Positions 62,335-64,000 of a DNA stretch of 64,000 bases are shown here, one piece after another. Origin of the DNA: Heterodontus francisci. Its lineage: Eukaryota. How positions within the stretch are numbered: position 1 is the first letter of the stretch; each line of letters begins with the position of its first letter. The position numbers and the translations under genes are program-made. Under the pieces are notes generated by a model. That model worked only from the letters and a program-made list of their open reading frames with translations. It did no database searches and was not told the origin of the DNA. The stretch spans positions 5,642,001 through 5,706,000 of the forward strand of contig NC_090404.1 in assembly GCF_036365525.1 (NCBI RefSeq), read 5' to 3'.

Positions 62335-62830
62335 GGGTTTAGAAGGGGAGGATTTGCAGATGGGAAACTCAAACAAAACATCTCATCAAGATCTGACAGT
62401 CACTCTATCATCAGCCTTTGAATGTGGAAGGAAAAATGTTTGTCTCTTCTGTCTGTGGGAAAAGATTTCAAACATCAGTGTGACTGGAAAAGCACCGAGA
62501 CACACACACCCGAGTGAGAGCACTGACTGTGGAAAGAGCTTTCACCAGTTACACAGCCTGAAACACATCACACCATTCACAGCACGGAGCAACTGTACAT
62601 GTGTTCTGTCTGGATGAGGCTTCAACTGATTGTCTAACCTGGAGAGACACAAGGACACCTGGACCACGGAGAAACCGTGGAAATGTGGAGACTGGGAAGG
62701 GATTCGATTACCCATCCCAGCTGGAAACTCATCAACACAGTCACACCGGGGAGAGGCTGTTCACCTGCTCCGAGTGTGGGAAGGGTTTTGCTAATTCAAA
62801 CAACTGAGACACCAGCGAGTTCACAAGAGA
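62335..62830 (+). pseudogene. ZNF-B3 pseudogene, array collapsed to first and last finger
   Basis: Acceptor at 62334/62335. TGAs at 62615 and 62627. ACG at 62666 followed by a frameshift in finger 1 (2-nt loss) and a broken last finger. Confidence 0.85.
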
Positions 62831-62889
62831 CAGCAGGGATTGGTTTCTGCTGTTATTGCTGCTGTTAATCACATCCAGGGCTGATTCCT

Positions 62890-64000
62890 GACTGGAAGCT
62901 TGTTTCCAGTTGGGTTTCCACAGGGCTCAGCACTAGGCTGCTTGCTTTTTATGGTATATAGCAATGATTTAGATTAAGAAGTTTGCAAATGGTACAAATA
63001 TTGGTCGTGTGGGTGACAGTGTGGAAGAAAGCTGCAGGAAGATATCAATGGACTGATCAGGTGAGCAGAAAATTGGCAAATGGAATTCATCCTGGAGAAG
63101 TGTGTGGTAATGCATTTGGGGAAGGCTAACAAGGCAAGGGAATACAATATTACTGGTGGAATATTGACAAGTGTAGAGGAACAGAGAGACCTTGGAGTGC
63201 ATGTCCACAGATCCCTGAAGGCAGCAGGACAGGTAGATAAAGTGGTTAAGAATGCATACAGGATACTTTCCAGAATTGCCGAGGTATAGAATATAAGAAC
63301 AGCGGGTATTTCCAGTATTTTCTGTTGATGAAACATCACAGACCTCAAATGTTAATTTTGTTTCTCTCTCCACAGATGCTGTCAGACCTGCTGAGAATTC
63401 CCAGAGTTTTCTGTTCTTATTACAAGAACAGGGAGGTTATGCTGGACCTGAATGAAACACTAGTTAGACCATAACTAGAGTAGTGAATGCTGTTCTAGTC
63501 TCCGCATTACAGGAAAGATGTGATCACACCAGAGAGGGTGCAGAGGAGATTTACAGAGGATGTGCCAGGACTGGAGAATTTTAGCTATAAGGAAAGATTG
63601 GATAGGGTGGGGTTGTTTTCTTTGGAACAGAGGAGGCTGAGGGGAGGTTTAATTGAAGTGTATAAAATTATGAGGGGCCGAGACTGAGTGGATAAGAAGG
63701 ACCTGTTTCTCTTAGCAGAGAAGTTAATAACCAGGGGGCATAGATTTAAAGTAATTGGGAGAAGGATTTGAAGGGAGTGGAGAAATCATTTCACCCAGAG
63801 GGTGGTGGGAGTCTGGAATTCACTGCCTGAAAGGGTGGTCGAGGCAGAAACTCTCATCGCATTAAAAAAACACTTGCATAAGCACTTGAAGTGCTGTAAC
63901 CTACAGGGCTACAGACCAAGAGCTGGAAATTGGTATTAGGCGAGATAGGTCTTTTTCAGCTGACACAGATACAATGGGCTGAATGGCCTCCTATGCTATA
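62890..64000 (+). mobile_element. Old CR1 in the ZNF-B3 3'UTR (shared with ZNF-B2)
   Basis: Same junction (ctgactggaagct..ttccagttgggtttccacagggctcag) as the reverse of 44340-44380. Confidence 0.8.

Overview
This is vertebrate genomic DNA, almost certainly from a shark or other elasmobranch (HE1/V-SINEs, shark-type CR1 LINEs). The window is part of a tandem C2H2 zinc-finger (ZNF) gene cluster buried in retroelements. There are seven ZNF loci. Four have intact arrays (11, 8, 8 and 11 fingers) and three are pseudogenes or fragments; none has a visible KRAB, SCAN or BTB exon. The genes derive from a duplicated head-to-head cassette sharing a CpG-island promoter. One arm of the cassette carries a first exon that looks like exon 1 of the housekeeping gene EMC4 (MAAGAGLGNGARRHRWAIEL..SR|). 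Five paralogs share two TGA stops upstream of the array. The array then begins at a Kozak-context codon that is ATG in one paralog and ACG in four. The retroelements include a nested Gmr1-like Gypsy > CR1 > RTE stack, a young CR1 with an uninterrupted ORF2, Penelope-like elements, a solo LTR and two SINE families. Transposon (TE) boundaries without a stated target-site duplication (TSD) are approximate. All family assignments are by eye and from memory, with no database search.
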